A DNA stretch of 64,000 nt from Opitutales bacterium (GTDB taxonomy: Bacteria; Verrucomicrobiota; Verrucomicrobiia; Opitutales; Seribacteraceae): positions 13,941 to 77,940 of the forward strand of contig JAYOXT010000003.1 in the NCBI GenBank assembly GCA_038152995.1, given 5' to 3'. Shown here one piece after another: positions 44,528 to 54,195 of this stretch. Below the pieces are notes generated by a model that saw only the letters and a list, made by a program, of their open reading frames with translations, was not told the origin of the DNA and did not search any database. How positions within the stretch are numbered: the first letter of the stretch is position 1; every line of letters starts with the position of its first letter. The position numbers and the translations under genes are program-made.

Positions 44528-46246
44528 GTGCAGGATTCGATCACAGAAAAAAAACAACAGACCCGGGCGATTGATGCCCTGTACCGAATCAGTACCCTAT
44601 CGGGCAAACAGATCAATTCGGTCCGTGCTCTCGAATCGATCCTCGATGAAGTGATGCAGGTTTTTTCTGGTAATTCGGCATCCATTTCCTTACTCAATGC
44701 CAGTTCCGATACCTTACTCATCGAGGTTTCCAGAGGGTTACCTGAGGAAAGCCGTGGTTTTGAATTACCCGTGGGTGTGGGCATCACGGGTTGGGTTGCG
44801 GCCCAAGGGGAACCCCTGTTATGTCCCGATGTATCCAAAGAGGAAAAATATTTTCAGTTGGATGAACGGGTTCGTGCTGAAATGGCCGCTCCATTAACGG
44901 AGGGTGGTCGAACAGTCGGTGCCCTTAATGTGGATTCCTGTGATTTGGGTGCTTTTAACGAAGAGGATCTAAGGCTGCTCGTTTTGATGGCAAATGAGGC
45001 CAGCCGGGTACTGGAAAGTATGTGGATGGTGCAACAGCTAAGAAAGAAAGCGGGACAGTTGCAAAGCCTCGTTCTTTTGGGTCAGGATATGTCAGGCAAA
45101 AGAAAGATGGATGAAGTGCTCAGAACGATTTCCAGAGAGGGTTTGCTGCTGCTTGATTGCAGGCTTTCGGCCTTTTTCCTCTACGATGCCAAGAAGGACT
45201 TGCTTCAACTGCATTGCCTGCACGATGATCAGGGTGCCCGGAGTTATGAAGAGACCTTAAAGCCAGCAGATAGTTTGCTTGGCAGTGCATTGCGTGGCCA
45301 TAGGCAGGTACAAACCCGAGATCTTTTACGAACGGAGGAGCATCATTTCATGGATTTAATCCGCTCCGAAGGTCTGCATTCCATGCTGGTCACTCCAGTG
45401 ATTTATGAGGAGGAACCCATTGGTCTGGTTACACATTATTTGGACCGTCCTCATCGCTTTCATGACGATGAGCGTATGATTGCCCGTGCCCTGGCAGACC
45501 TTGGGGCGATTGCCATAGAAAATGCCCGTCTCTATGAGCGGGTGTTTGATTCGGAGGAAAGCATGAGAAAGAGTGAGAGGTTGACCACACTTGGTACTCT
45601 GGCTGCGGAAATTGCCCATGAGATACGCAACCCGTTGATGGTGGTTCGGTTGCTTTTTGACTCCCTCGAGCTAAGCGATGAGGAGAACGCTCACCAGGCA
45701 AAGGACCTCTCGGTTATCCGCGAAAAATTAAATCACCTTGAGCAGATTGCCGGCAGAATTTTGGATTTTGGAAAAAGTAGGGAATCATTTCGTCGAAATT
45801 TTTCGATTCAGGAAATTTTGGAGGATGCCCTTTTACTAGTTCGCTTAAAACTGGAGCAGTCTCAGGTATCTCTCACTTTCCATCCATGCCCCGAGCAGTG
45901 CCTCGTCTTTGTGGACAAGGGGCAGATTCAGCAGGCCTTGCTGAACCTCATTTTAAACGCACTTTCTGCCATGCCTGAGGGGGGGCAACTGGAGTTGATT
46001 GTGAAGAGGGAGGGAGGTCGGACATTGGTCTATCTGCGGGATACAGGAATGGGCATTCCCGAGGAATTCAAGACGCGCATATTCGAATCCTTTCTGACTG
46101 GCCGAAAAGACGGATCAGGGCTTGGCTTAACTATATCCAAACGGTTGCTTCGTGCCCATGACGGTGACCTTGAGCTTGTTAAGTCTGACAGTGAAGGGAC
46201 TACATTCTGCTTATCCCTGCCGCTTGTTTCCACGGTTGCAGAGTAG
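44528..46246 (+). CDS. Cytoplasmic sensor histidine kinase with two GAF domains
   Basis: GTG start. GAF-like 'GVGITGWVAAQGEPLLCPDV...ELAAPL'-type segments. H-box 'AAEIAHEIRNPL', N-box 'LLNLILNALSAM', G-boxes 'RDTGMGIP' and 'GSGLGLTISKRLL'. No TM segments. No response regulator adjacent. Confidence 0.85.
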   Translation: MQDSITEKKQQTRAIDALYRISTLSGKQINSVRALESILDEVMQVFSGNSASISLLNASSDTLLIEVSRGLPEESRGFELPVGVGITGWVAAQGEPLLCPDVSKEEKYFQLDERVRAEMAAPLTEGGRTVGALNVDSCDLGAFNEEDLRLLVLMANEASRVLESMWMVQQLRKKAGQLQSLVLLGQDMSGKRKMDEVLRTISREGLLLLDCRLSAFFLYDAKKDLLQLHCLHDDQGARSYEETLKPADSLLGSALRGHRQVQTRDLLRTEEHHFMDLIRSEGLHSMLVTPVIYEEEPIGLVTHYLDRPHRFHDDERMIARALADLGAIAIENARLYERVFDSEESMRKSERLTTLGTLAAEIAHEIRNPLMVVRLLFDSLELSDEENAHQAKDLSVIREKLNHLEQIAGRILDFGKSRESFRRNFSIQEILEDALLLVRLKLEQSQVSLTFHPCPEQCLVFVDKGQIQQALLNLILNALSAMPEGGQLELIVKREGGRTLVYLRDTGMGIPEEFKTRIFESFLTGRKDGSGLGLTISKRLLRAHDGDLELVKSDSEGTTFCLSLPLVSTVAE

Positions 46247-46266
46247 GGCGGGGTCGGGTCCAGTTT

Positions 46267-49089
46267 CTACACTTCGTGGTAGTATTTACCGGCGTGCAGG
46301 GCTTTACCGATCTGCTCCCGTAATTCGAGAAAGCTTGCGGGGGAGGGCACGGTGCCGTCTCCCTGATATTCAATGTTGAACACATCGGTGGCGATGCCTT
46401 GCTCGGTGGCAATCCTGGCGAAGATAATACTGAAACCCGCTTCCGAGATATGCCTAGAGATAAGGTGAAGGAGGCCAATCCGGTCGGCTGCCCGTACTTC
46501 CACGATGGTGCGCCCGAGCGAAATATCTCGGTATACATCGACCTGCGGAGGGATCTTTGCCCCAAATTTATCTTTGTTGGTAAAGATGTTGCTTGTTTCT
46601 TTTCTCTTCCTGCGTGCCTTGATCTTATCATCTGGCACCGAGTGTCCACTGAGGAACTCACCGAGCATCTGTTCAAATAATTGACGGGTCTCCTCATTCT
46701 CAACGATTCCGCCATCTTCGTTCTCCACATAAAATGCATCGATTGCGAGGTGGTCAGTCCGGGTGATTGCCCGTGCACCCAGAATATTCAGTCCAGCCAC
46801 GGCAAAGGCACCTGACACCTTTTCAAACAGCCCAGGTTGGTCGTTCACCACCAGATCGACAATGGTGAGCCCCCGGCGCAGGTCATTGCGCCAGTTGACG
46901 ATAGGTCGGTCGTGGGGAGAACCAAGTTTGGCAAAGGTATCGACCATATTTATATGCAGGGAAACCTCTTCCTCATCGGTGTGGGAAAAGTAGCGCAGGG
47001 GGACCTGGTCAAGGTGATGAAGGATCGTTTCCTTGTCCACTCCTTCCACTTCCATACCTTTGAAAGCATCCCTTAGCTCGTTGGGGTCTTTTCTGGCCCT
47101 TTTTCCTTCGAGCACTCTTAGGGTATTGGAAAATAAGTGGGTGTGTAATTCTTCCTTGTGCGAGTTCCATAGATCGGGAGCAGTTCCATTGGCATCGCAG
47201 TAAGTATGAACATAGAGGAAGCGCAACCGTTGTTCGCCTTCGACAAAGCTAGCGAATGAATCAATCACTTCCGGGTCGTCGAGGTCAAACTTGTTGGCAA
47301 AGCGAACCATTTCCAAGTGGTTTCTTACCACGAAGAGGATGCGGTCACGCATTTCCTGTGCGATACCCAAACGGTCCATCAGAGGGGTGGCAATTTCCAC
47401 CCCTCTCTCACAGTGCCCCTTTGGTCCGTGATCTTTACCCAAGTCATGAAGGAACAAAATCAGGTAGAGAAGTCCGGGAACTTCATTTTTACGCAGTGCC
47501 TCAAGGTAGTGCAGGGCACTGGTGTCCTTTCCCTGAAATATTTCGTCCAATATTTTAATGCAACGCAGGACATGTACATCGGCGGTGAAGCGATGGTAGA
47601 GGTCATGCTGTACTTTGCAGGATAGCCTGCCAAACTCAGGAATGAATCGCCCGAGTACGCCCAAATCATGCATTTCATTAAGGATGGGTGCCACATTGCC
47701 CACTTCCTGAAGAAGGGAACGAAAGCAAACATTGGCCGATGGGGAGTTGATCAGGGAACCATCAATTAAAGTTAATCGATTTCTTACCAGGGAACGCAGA
47801 CTGGGAGAAAGTTTGGCATTGAGCCTCTGCGCATGTCTGAAAATTCGAAGAATCCGCTCGGGTTCCTCATCAAAGATATCGTTGTTTTCAGAGTATAGAC
47901 ATTGGTCTCTTAATTCAAATCCGTCCACTCTCTCAACCGGTGGGGACCGGTATGCCTGGAGTACGGCACGAAAACTTAGGGACGCGGTATTTCCGCTATT
48001 TGAGTGAATGAGGCGCTGTTCAAGGATGTTCGAAATTTGATGAATGGTGTTGGCCCGTGCGTAATAATCACCCATGAACTTTTCCACGCGTGGAAACATT
48101 TCCGGATCATCATATCCGAGGCCCAGGGCCACCTCGGGTTGTTTTTCAAGATGTAAAATATCGACCGGGCGCTTGCTGCGGAAATGCAGTTCGTTGCGCA
48201 CCCGCAACAGGAAAGAATAGGCTTCAGTAAAGGACTGTGCCTGCTGGGCGTCGAGGTAGTTTCTTTTGACCAGTCCCTGGAGGGCATCGTCCTCAAATTT
48301 CACTTTAGCCATCCAAAGCACGCCCTGGTAGTCGCGCAGTCCACCCACCCCATTTTTAAGGTCCGGTGCCTGAAGAAATACTGTGTTTCCTTTCTCTTCC
48401 CTCCTCGCCACCTGGTGCTCAAACAGTTCTTTTAGATACTCTCCGGGCTTTTTCTTTCTGCAGTGCCGGAGAAATTTTTGGATAAATTTGGATGCAACTT
48501 TGCGGTCCCCGCATAGGTAACGGGCGTCGAGCATCGAATTTTTGTTACGGATGTCTTTCTGTGCCTCGCTCAGGGCTTCGCCGACTTCCCGTGAGGCGTG
48601 GCCTACCTTCATCCCTGTATCCCAAAGCGGGTAGAGGATTTCTTTGGTCATTGTTTCCTTAAGCAAGTCCAGGGGTTTCCCCATGGAACTTCTGGGATAG
48701 AGAAACATCAGGTCGATATCGCTGTGCGGGCTGAGTTCACCCCGTCCATATCCTCCCGTGGCAAGAAGTGACATAGGCTTGATCCTGACCAAACTTTCCT
48801 CAGCCACTCTCAGGGCATACTCAAAAAGGTTCTGGATGAGCACATCCATGATAATGGAGCGTGCACGGGTCAGGCGGAGTCCGGAATCGCCTTTAAGGTG
48901 ATACCTTTGGAGCATTTCTTTTTCGAGGCGAACAAAGTCCTTGATCATCTGTAGTCTGCTCGAGTCACTCTGACCCGAATGAAAGACCAATCGTTTCTTT
49001 GCATGCTTGCGGGTTCTGCGAAATAAAGGATCGTCCTCCATGATAGTGACATTTTGCATTAGAAGAATCCTAGGTTTTGAGCGAGCCAA
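46267..49089 (-). CDS. glnD: Bifunctional [protein-PII] uridylyltransferase/uridylyl-removing enzyme
   Basis: NTase 'ATGGYGRGELSPHSDIDLMFLY', HD domain 'LILFLHDLGKD', two C-terminal ACT-like segments. The start may be one of the internal Met codons (49059 or 49041). Confidence 0.85.
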   Translation of the reverse strand: MARSKPRILLMQNVTIMEDDPLFRRTRKHAKKRLVFHSGQSDSSRLQMIKDFVRLEKEMLQRYHLKGDSGLRLTRARSIIMDVLIQNLFEYALRVAEESLVRIKPMSLLATGGYGRGELSPHSDIDLMFLYPRSSMGKPLDLLKETMTKEILYPLWDTGMKVGHASREVGEALSEAQKDIRNKNSMLDARYLCGDRKVASKFIQKFLRHCRKKKPGEYLKELFEHQVARREEKGNTVFLQAPDLKNGVGGLRDYQGVLWMAKVKFEDDALQGLVKRNYLDAQQAQSFTEAYSFLLRVRNELHFRSKRPVDILHLEKQPEVALGLGYDDPEMFPRVEKFMGDYYARANTIHQISNILEQRLIHSNSGNTASLSFRAVLQAYRSPPVERVDGFELRDQCLYSENNDIFDEEPERILRIFRHAQRLNAKLSPSLRSLVRNRLTLIDGSLINSPSANVCFRSLLQEVGNVAPILNEMHDLGVLGRFIPEFGRLSCKVQHDLYHRFTADVHVLRCIKILDEIFQGKDTSALHYLEALRKNEVPGLLYLILFLHDLGKDHGPKGHCERGVEIATPLMDRLGIAQEMRDRILFVVRNHLEMVRFANKFDLDDPEVIDSFASFVEGEQRLRFLYVHTYCDANGTAPDLWNSHKEELHTHLFSNTLRVLEGKRARKDPNELRDAFKGMEVEGVDKETILHHLDQVPLRYFSHTDEEEVSLHINMVDTFAKLGSPHDRPIVNWRNDLRRGLTIVDLVVNDQPGLFEKVSGAFAVAGLNILGARAITRTDHLAIDAFYVENEDGGIVENEETRQLFEQMLGEFLSGHSVPDDKIKARRKRKETSNIFTNKDKFGAKIPPQVDVYRDISLGRTIVEVRAADRIGLLHLISRHISEAGFSIIFARIATEQGIATDVFNIEYQGDGTVPSPASFLELREQIGKALHAGKYYHEV

Positions 49090-49142
49090 ATCCTTTCTGA
49101 TTGATCGATTCTATCGAATTTGCATCATCAAATCCTCTATAC

Positions 49143-50681
49143 ATGCGTGTTGTAACTCTTATTTTTTGGGTCCCATTTGCTGCCTATCAATTGATCGCAG
49201 AGCCCTACTTATTTCCCAACGATCCATTTATTCGTCACGAGATTCGCCTCCTTGGTGATTCAGGAGAGTTAAGCGGTTTGCAAAATACATGGCCTCTGGA
49301 TCTGGGTGGGCTTAGTGGGATGCGTGCCGAGAAGTCCTCCTCTCTGCCTCACAGCCTTTTGGATGACAAAATTTCCAATGAATCTAGCTCTGGCTTTTCA
49401 CCTATTTTTACAACTCTAGGCATATCCGATGACCGTGTGACCGCCCGCGGGTTTGGCCCGGAACCACGCTCCAGTTTTGCCACCAATGCTTCGGTTTCCT
49501 GGATGAATGACCGTTTTGCAGCAAAGCTATCCTTGAATGCTTTTTATGGGATGGAAACCGACTGGAAGGGTCGAAAAGATGAAGGCTTTGCTCTGGATGG
49601 TTCTTACATTGCCGCACGCCTAGGCAACTGGTCGGCCAGTTTTGGGCAGGTCGAGCGCTGGTGGGGGCCAGGTTGGGATGGCAGTTTAATTCTTTCCACC
49701 AATGCCCGTCCTATCCCTGCCATTTCCATCGACCGCCGGGTGCCAGAACCCTTTGAAACCAAGTGGTTGTCATGGGTCGGTCCTTGGAGTTTTCATTCCT
49801 TTATCGGGCAGATGGAAGAAGAGAGAACGGTGCCGAATCCATACCTTTGGGGTATGCGAGGGGAGGTTCGCCCCACTTTGATTGATGGTTTGGAAGTTGG
49901 TTTCTTTCGTATGATTCAGTTGGGAGGGAAGGGTTATCCATCTAACTTTAGTGTGTGGGTTGATGCTTTTCTTTCGCAGGATAATTTCTCTTCGAATCAA
50001 GTTGGTAAAAGCACTGAGCCTGGAAATCAATTAGCTGGAATTGATTTGCGGTGGAAATTGTTAGACGCCCCCTTGGCTTTGTATGCACAAGTTGTTGGAG
50101 ATGATGAAGATAAATTTTTACCAAATGCTTTAATGTTTCAGTATGGCATAGAAGGATGGAAAAGCTTGGAGAATTCAACCCTAAGAGTTTTTGTTGAGTA
50201 TGCGGACCTAACCAGTTACTGGTGGACGGGAGATCCTAGAACTCGAAATATTTCTTACGGTCATGGACGATATAGTGACGGCTACCGATACCGGGGGCGT
50301 CCCATCGGTCACTGGGCGGATCAGGACTCCCAAATTCTCAGTCTGGGTGGATTGTTACAGAGAAAAGATGGCAACGGTTGGGGTGCAACCTTGCGTACTG
50401 GAGAACTCAATGCAGGGCCTTTGCTCAATCCTCCTCCTCACGATTATCCGCGTGATCAAAACGGGCAAAATCCAAATCTTTCTGCACCAAGACTGGGTGC
50501 GAGTTCAGTATCCAGCGGCGTTACCACCGACTACTTTTCAATTGATGTTTTCAATGCCCGTCAATATCCACAATACGGTCTTTCAGTTCATACCTCTCTG
50601 GGGTGGGAGTCCTTGCAACCGCAAGGAAGCAAAAAAGACGATGGTTTAAGTGGTTTTCTTTCCATGACCCGCACATTTTAA
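49143..50681 (+). CDS. wzi: Capsule assembly outer-membrane protein Wzi family
   Basis: 'YIAARLGNWSASFGQVERWWGPGWDGSLILSTNARPIPAISIDR' matches the hallmark Wzi motif. The start is set at the ATG at 49143 ('MRVVTLIFWVPFAAY', signal-like). The track ORF begins at a TTG at 49101. Confidence 0.75.
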   Translation: MRVVTLIFWVPFAAYQLIAEPYLFPNDPFIRHEIRLLGDSGELSGLQNTWPLDLGGLSGMRAEKSSSLPHSLLDDKISNESSSGFSPIFTTLGISDDRVTARGFGPEPRSSFATNASVSWMNDRFAAKLSLNAFYGMETDWKGRKDEGFALDGSYIAARLGNWSASFGQVERWWGPGWDGSLILSTNARPIPAISIDRRVPEPFETKWLSWVGPWSFHSFIGQMEEERTVPNPYLWGMRGEVRPTLIDGLEVGFFRMIQLGGKGYPSNFSVWVDAFLSQDNFSSNQVGKSTEPGNQLAGIDLRWKLLDAPLALYAQVVGDDEDKFLPNALMFQYGIEGWKSLENSTLRVFVEYADLTSYWWTGDPRTRNISYGHGRYSDGYRYRGRPIGHWADQDSQILSLGGLLQRKDGNGWGATLRTGELNAGPLLNPPPHDYPRDQNGQNPNLSAPRLGASSVSSGVTTDYFSIDVFNARQYPQYGLSVHTSLGWESLQPQGSKKDDGLSGFLSMTRTF

Positions 50682-50705
50682 TTTGATCAAATTCTAACAA
50701 TTATC

Positions 50706-53324
50706 ATGAAAAAGATTCGTACAATTTTACTCACCATTCCATGCCTAATTTTGGGTGGTTGGTTGAATGCACAGTTGGATCCAGCGGCCATGGCGACGCT
50801 GTCCAAATTATCCCCCGATCAACGCCAGCAATTGATCAAACAATATGGGGCCAGTGGTGGAGGAGTGCCCAAGTCTGCTCCAACTGCGTCAATCCCCAAT
50901 CGCTCAGTTAAGGTAGAGAAACCTGAAGAGGAGTCTTTCAAGGAACGCTCTGAGTTTCTGGGAGATTTAAATAGTATGGAAAGGATGATATCGGCCGATG
51001 TTGCCCGTTTACAGTCCCAAGTAGGAGCGGAAAATTCTTCGGAAGACAATGAATTGTTGGAAGCATTGGAGGAAAGCAAGGCACTTTTGCGTAAAATTAA
51101 GGAATTACAGCGGAGGGAAATTGAAAAGCGGGCCGAAGAGTTTGGGAAATCCGAAACCGATGCTATCAAACCTTTTGGTTACGATCTGTTTGCTTCTGAT
51201 CCTTCCACTTTTGCTCCGGGTAATGAGGTGCCCATTCCATCGGACTACCGGATTGGCCCTGGAGACCTGATCGAGATTCAGTTGTTTGGTCAGCGTAACG
51301 ATTCTTTTAGTCTGGGTATTTCCCGCGAAGGCATGATTCGCTTTCCCGGTATTGGTCCCATACAAGCGTTTGAAAAAGGCACCAGTTTTATTGAACTTAA
51401 AAATCACCTAAAAGAAAAAATACAGGAACATCTTGGGGAGGGTGTCCAAAGTGCGATTACCCTCGGTGCCTTTCGAAGTATTCGAATTTTTTTACTGGGG
51501 GAGGTGCGTAAGCAGGGTGCTTACACCGTCAGTGCCTTGTCTACCACGATCAACGCCTTGTTGAGCTGTGGAGGGATTAAGCAGACGGGCAGTCTGAGAA
51601 ATATTCAGCTGAAGAGAGGTGGGCAGGTAATCTCATCGCTGGACTTGTATGACTTGCTTCTCCGTGGAGATACCAGTGCCGACCAGTCCCTGCAACCGGG
51701 CGATGTGATCTTCGTCCCTGTGGTCGAAAAACAAATTTCTATCAGTGGGGCGGTACGGCGACCTGCAAAGTTTGAAATCCGAGGAGGCGAGTCCTTACAA
51801 GATGCCTTGGAATTGGCCGGAGGGGTAGAGGGTCGTGCCTATCTATCGAATATTCGGCTTGAAAGGTTGGGTCCAGACTTTCGCCCCATCGTCAAAAACC
51901 TCATTATACCCAATGATTCTGCATACAAACTGGTATCGGGTGATGTTATATCTTTGGGCTCTGCAAGTTCTGAAGTCATGAACTCGATTTCCTTATTAGG
52001 AAATGTGGAACGCCCGGGCGAGTATGAGTGGAGAAAAGGCCTTAGGCTAAGTGATTTGATTGATGATGCTCAGGACCTACTGCCCAAAACAGATCTGAAA
52101 TACGGCCTTATCCGTAGGAAGTTAGACAATGGAATGGTCCAAGTCCTTTCTTTTGAGCCGGCTGATTTATTCAAAAAAGGGGGGCAGCCAGCTATTGTGT
52201 TAGAGCAAAAAGATGCGATCTATTTCTTTTCCAATGAAGGTGCCCGCACCAATTTGTTAGACGGTGTGTTGGATGACTTACGTAGGCAAAGCAGCAGTGG
52301 AAATCGTGCCCTGATTGTGAATGTAAGTGGATTAGTCCGGTTTCCCGGACAATATCCATTGGTGGAGGGGATGAATCTTTCTCAACTGCTGGACGCGGCC
52401 GGCGGATTGCGTGATGCAGCTTACACCTTATCCGCTGAGGTTACCCGAATGAGCATAGATCAAGAAGAGAAAGCTACCATTGAGCATGTCAATATTTCCA
52501 ACCTAGATGATGAAAATTTTTCAAGTTCCTTTAAATTGTATCCTTATGACCATCTACAGATCAAAAAAGTTCCCTATTGGTCAGAAAATTTAACTGTCAC
52601 ATTGTCTGGAGAGGTCGTTTTTCCTGGAACCTATCAAATCCTTCGTGGGGAGACGCTTGCCAATCTTATCGACCGGGCTGGTGGACTGACTGATCGTTCC
52701 TATGCAGAAGGTACGGTATTTACTCGTCAGCACATTAAGCAGAAAGAATCTCTGCAAAAGGAGCAGTTTATCAATCGATTGGAGAATTTAATTGCTTATG
52801 AGAATCTAGAAAAATCTTCCGGAGATGATGGCGCTTTAGAGCAATCCCGTGCTCTACTCAGCCGCTTACGCTCTATTCCATCCATCGGTCGTTTGATCAT
52901 CGATCTGAACGCACAAATTAATAACACTGCGGATACTCAAATTACCTTACTTGATGGGGATGTTTTGTATGTTCCCGAGATTCCACAGGAGGTAATCGTA
53001 AGCGGGGAGGTGCAATTCCCCTCTAGTCACCTAGCAGATTCTTCTCTCCAGCTTAAGGACTACATCGAGCGCTCTGGTGGGTTCACTGAACGCTCGAATG
53101 AAGATCTGATAGCCGTAGTTAAATCAAATGGGATGGTCATTCAGCAAAAAGAAGGCAACAAGTGGTTTTCAAGCACCAAGCAGTTTGGAAATGTTTCTGC
53201 GGGCGACATGATTGTTGTGCCCGTGAGAATTGAATTACCAAGTAGATGGTTGGAGAACTTGAGTACAAGCACTCAGATACTATACCAACTATCCATCGCT
53301 ACTGCTGCTGTTCATTCCTTTTAG
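50706..53324 (+). CDS. Large polysaccharide export protein (Wza/KpsD family: Poly_export domain plus multiple SLBB-like repeats)
   Basis: Signal peptide. 'YRIGPGDLIEIQLFGQ' (Poly_export). Repeated 'GAVRRPAKFEIRGGESLQDALELAGG', 'GNVERPGEYEW..GLRLSDLI', 'GLVRFPGQYPLVEGMNLSQLLDAAGG', 'GEVVFPGTYQILRGETLANLIDRAGG', 'GEVQFPSSH...LKDYIERSGG' (SLBB motifs). Confidence 0.8.
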   Translation: MKKIRTILLTIPCLILGGWLNAQLDPAAMATLSKLSPDQRQQLIKQYGASGGGVPKSAPTASIPNRSVKVEKPEEESFKERSEFLGDLNSMERMISADVARLQSQVGAENSSEDNELLEALEESKALLRKIKELQRREIEKRAEEFGKSETDAIKPFGYDLFASDPSTFAPGNEVPIPSDYRIGPGDLIEIQLFGQRNDSFSLGISREGMIRFPGIGPIQAFEKGTSFIELKNHLKEKIQEHLGEGVQSAITLGAFRSIRIFLLGEVRKQGAYTVSALSTTINALLSCGGIKQTGSLRNIQLKRGGQVISSLDLYDLLLRGDTSADQSLQPGDVIFVPVVEKQISISGAVRRPAKFEIRGGESLQDALELAGGVEGRAYLSNIRLERLGPDFRPIVKNLIIPNDSAYKLVSGDVISLGSASSEVMNSISLLGNVERPGEYEWRKGLRLSDLIDDAQDLLPKTDLKYGLIRRKLDNGMVQVLSFEPADLFKKGGQPAIVLEQKDAIYFFSNEGARTNLLDGVLDDLRRQSSSGNRALIVNVSGLVRFPGQYPLVEGMNLSQLLDAAGGLRDAAYTLSAEVTRMSIDQEEKATIEHVNISNLDDENFSSSFKLYPYDHLQIKKVPYWSENLTVTLSGEVVFPGTYQILRGETLANLIDRAGGLTDRSYAEGTVFTRQHIKQKESLQKEQFINRLENLIAYENLEKSSGDDGALEQSRALLSRLRSIPSIGRLIIDLNAQINNTADTQITLLDGDVLYVPEIPQEVIVSGEVQFPSSHLADSSLQLKDYIERSGGFTERSNEDLIAVVKSNGMVIQQKEGNKWFSSTKQFGNVSAGDMIVVPVRIELPSRWLENLSTSTQILYQLSIATAAVHSF

Positions 53325-53515
53325 ATATCCATCCCAAATTTTACAGTATGAGAGTTGAATTCTTGTTTTTGTATTCAAGAATTTGACGGTGGAATTATGA
53401 GGGTGTACAATCCACAGAGGCACCCGCTTAATGAGCACACTTTAGTATCCGATACCTACTGCATTCAAATTCTATAGATCGACCGCTTCGATTCATTTTA
53501 AAGCCTAAGTCAGTT

Positions 53516-53535
53516 TGTTCAAAAAAACTTGAACA
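53516..53535. promoter_or_regulatory. Candidate operator: 7-bp inverted repeat 31 nt upstream of the regulator gene
   Basis: 'tgttcaa' - 'aaaaac' - 'ttgaaca'. Confidence 0.3.
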
Positions 53536-53565
53536 CAGGGTGATATTCTGACAAAAGAAAGATAA

Positions 53566-54117
53566 ATGAATGCATTTTCAGTCGCCGATCCAACAACAAG
53601 TAAATCGTTGGATGCTTTGGATGATTGGGAAGTTGCGGTGATTGATCTTTTTCTTAACGCGGCCAATTCCTTTGGGTTGCCCAAGTCCTATGGTCAAATC
53701 TACGGGCTCTTATTTTGCCGGGATCAGCCTTTGGCGATGGATGAGGTGATGGAACTTTTGCAAATCAGCAAAGGTTCAGCCAGCCAGGGTCTGCGTGCCT
53801 TGCGCCAATTGGGTGCTGTTTCTTCCGTATTTGCTCCAGGTGACCGTAGGGAGAGGTATATGGCAGAGAGTCGCTTGAGGAAACTGGTCGGTGGTTTTCT
53901 TCGGGAACAGGCCGATCCTCACCTCGAAAAAGGCACCGCCCGACTCAAGCAAATTGAGAGCCTGGTTAATAACATAGAGGATGTGGGTGCCCGCAAGCGG
54001 GGAGCCCGTAGGCATGAGATTTTATCGGGTTGGCACCGGCAAATGAGCCGTTTGCTCCCCTGGGTCAAGATGATCGTTGGAAAGAGCGATCGTCTGCCCC
54101 AAAAAAGTTCTGATTAA
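53566..54117 (+). CDS. GbsR/MarR-family winged-helix transcriptional regulator
   Basis: 'FGLPKSYGQIYGLLFCRDQPLAMDEVMELLQISKGSASQGLRALRQLGAV' (wHTH as in COG1510-type regulators). Confidence 0.65.
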   Translation: MNAFSVADPTTSKSLDALDDWEVAVIDLFLNAANSFGLPKSYGQIYGLLFCRDQPLAMDEVMELLQISKGSASQGLRALRQLGAVSSVFAPGDRRERYMAESRLRKLVGGFLREQADPHLEKGTARLKQIESLVNNIEDVGARKRGARRHEILSGWHRQMSRLLPWVKMIVGKSDRLPQKSSD

Positions 54118-54195
54118 ACAAAAAGTAATGGTTTCCTCCGATTGGCTTTGCTTGTCGCAAACGGCCAAGGGCGGTAGCGTAGTAAGATAAATTCT

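Noticed and set aside
53358-53383. Hairpin after the Wza-type exporter gene as a terminator
   Set aside because: It is an AT-rich 8-bp stem ('aattcttg'/'caagaatt') with a 10-nt loop and no following U-tract, which is too weak to call.
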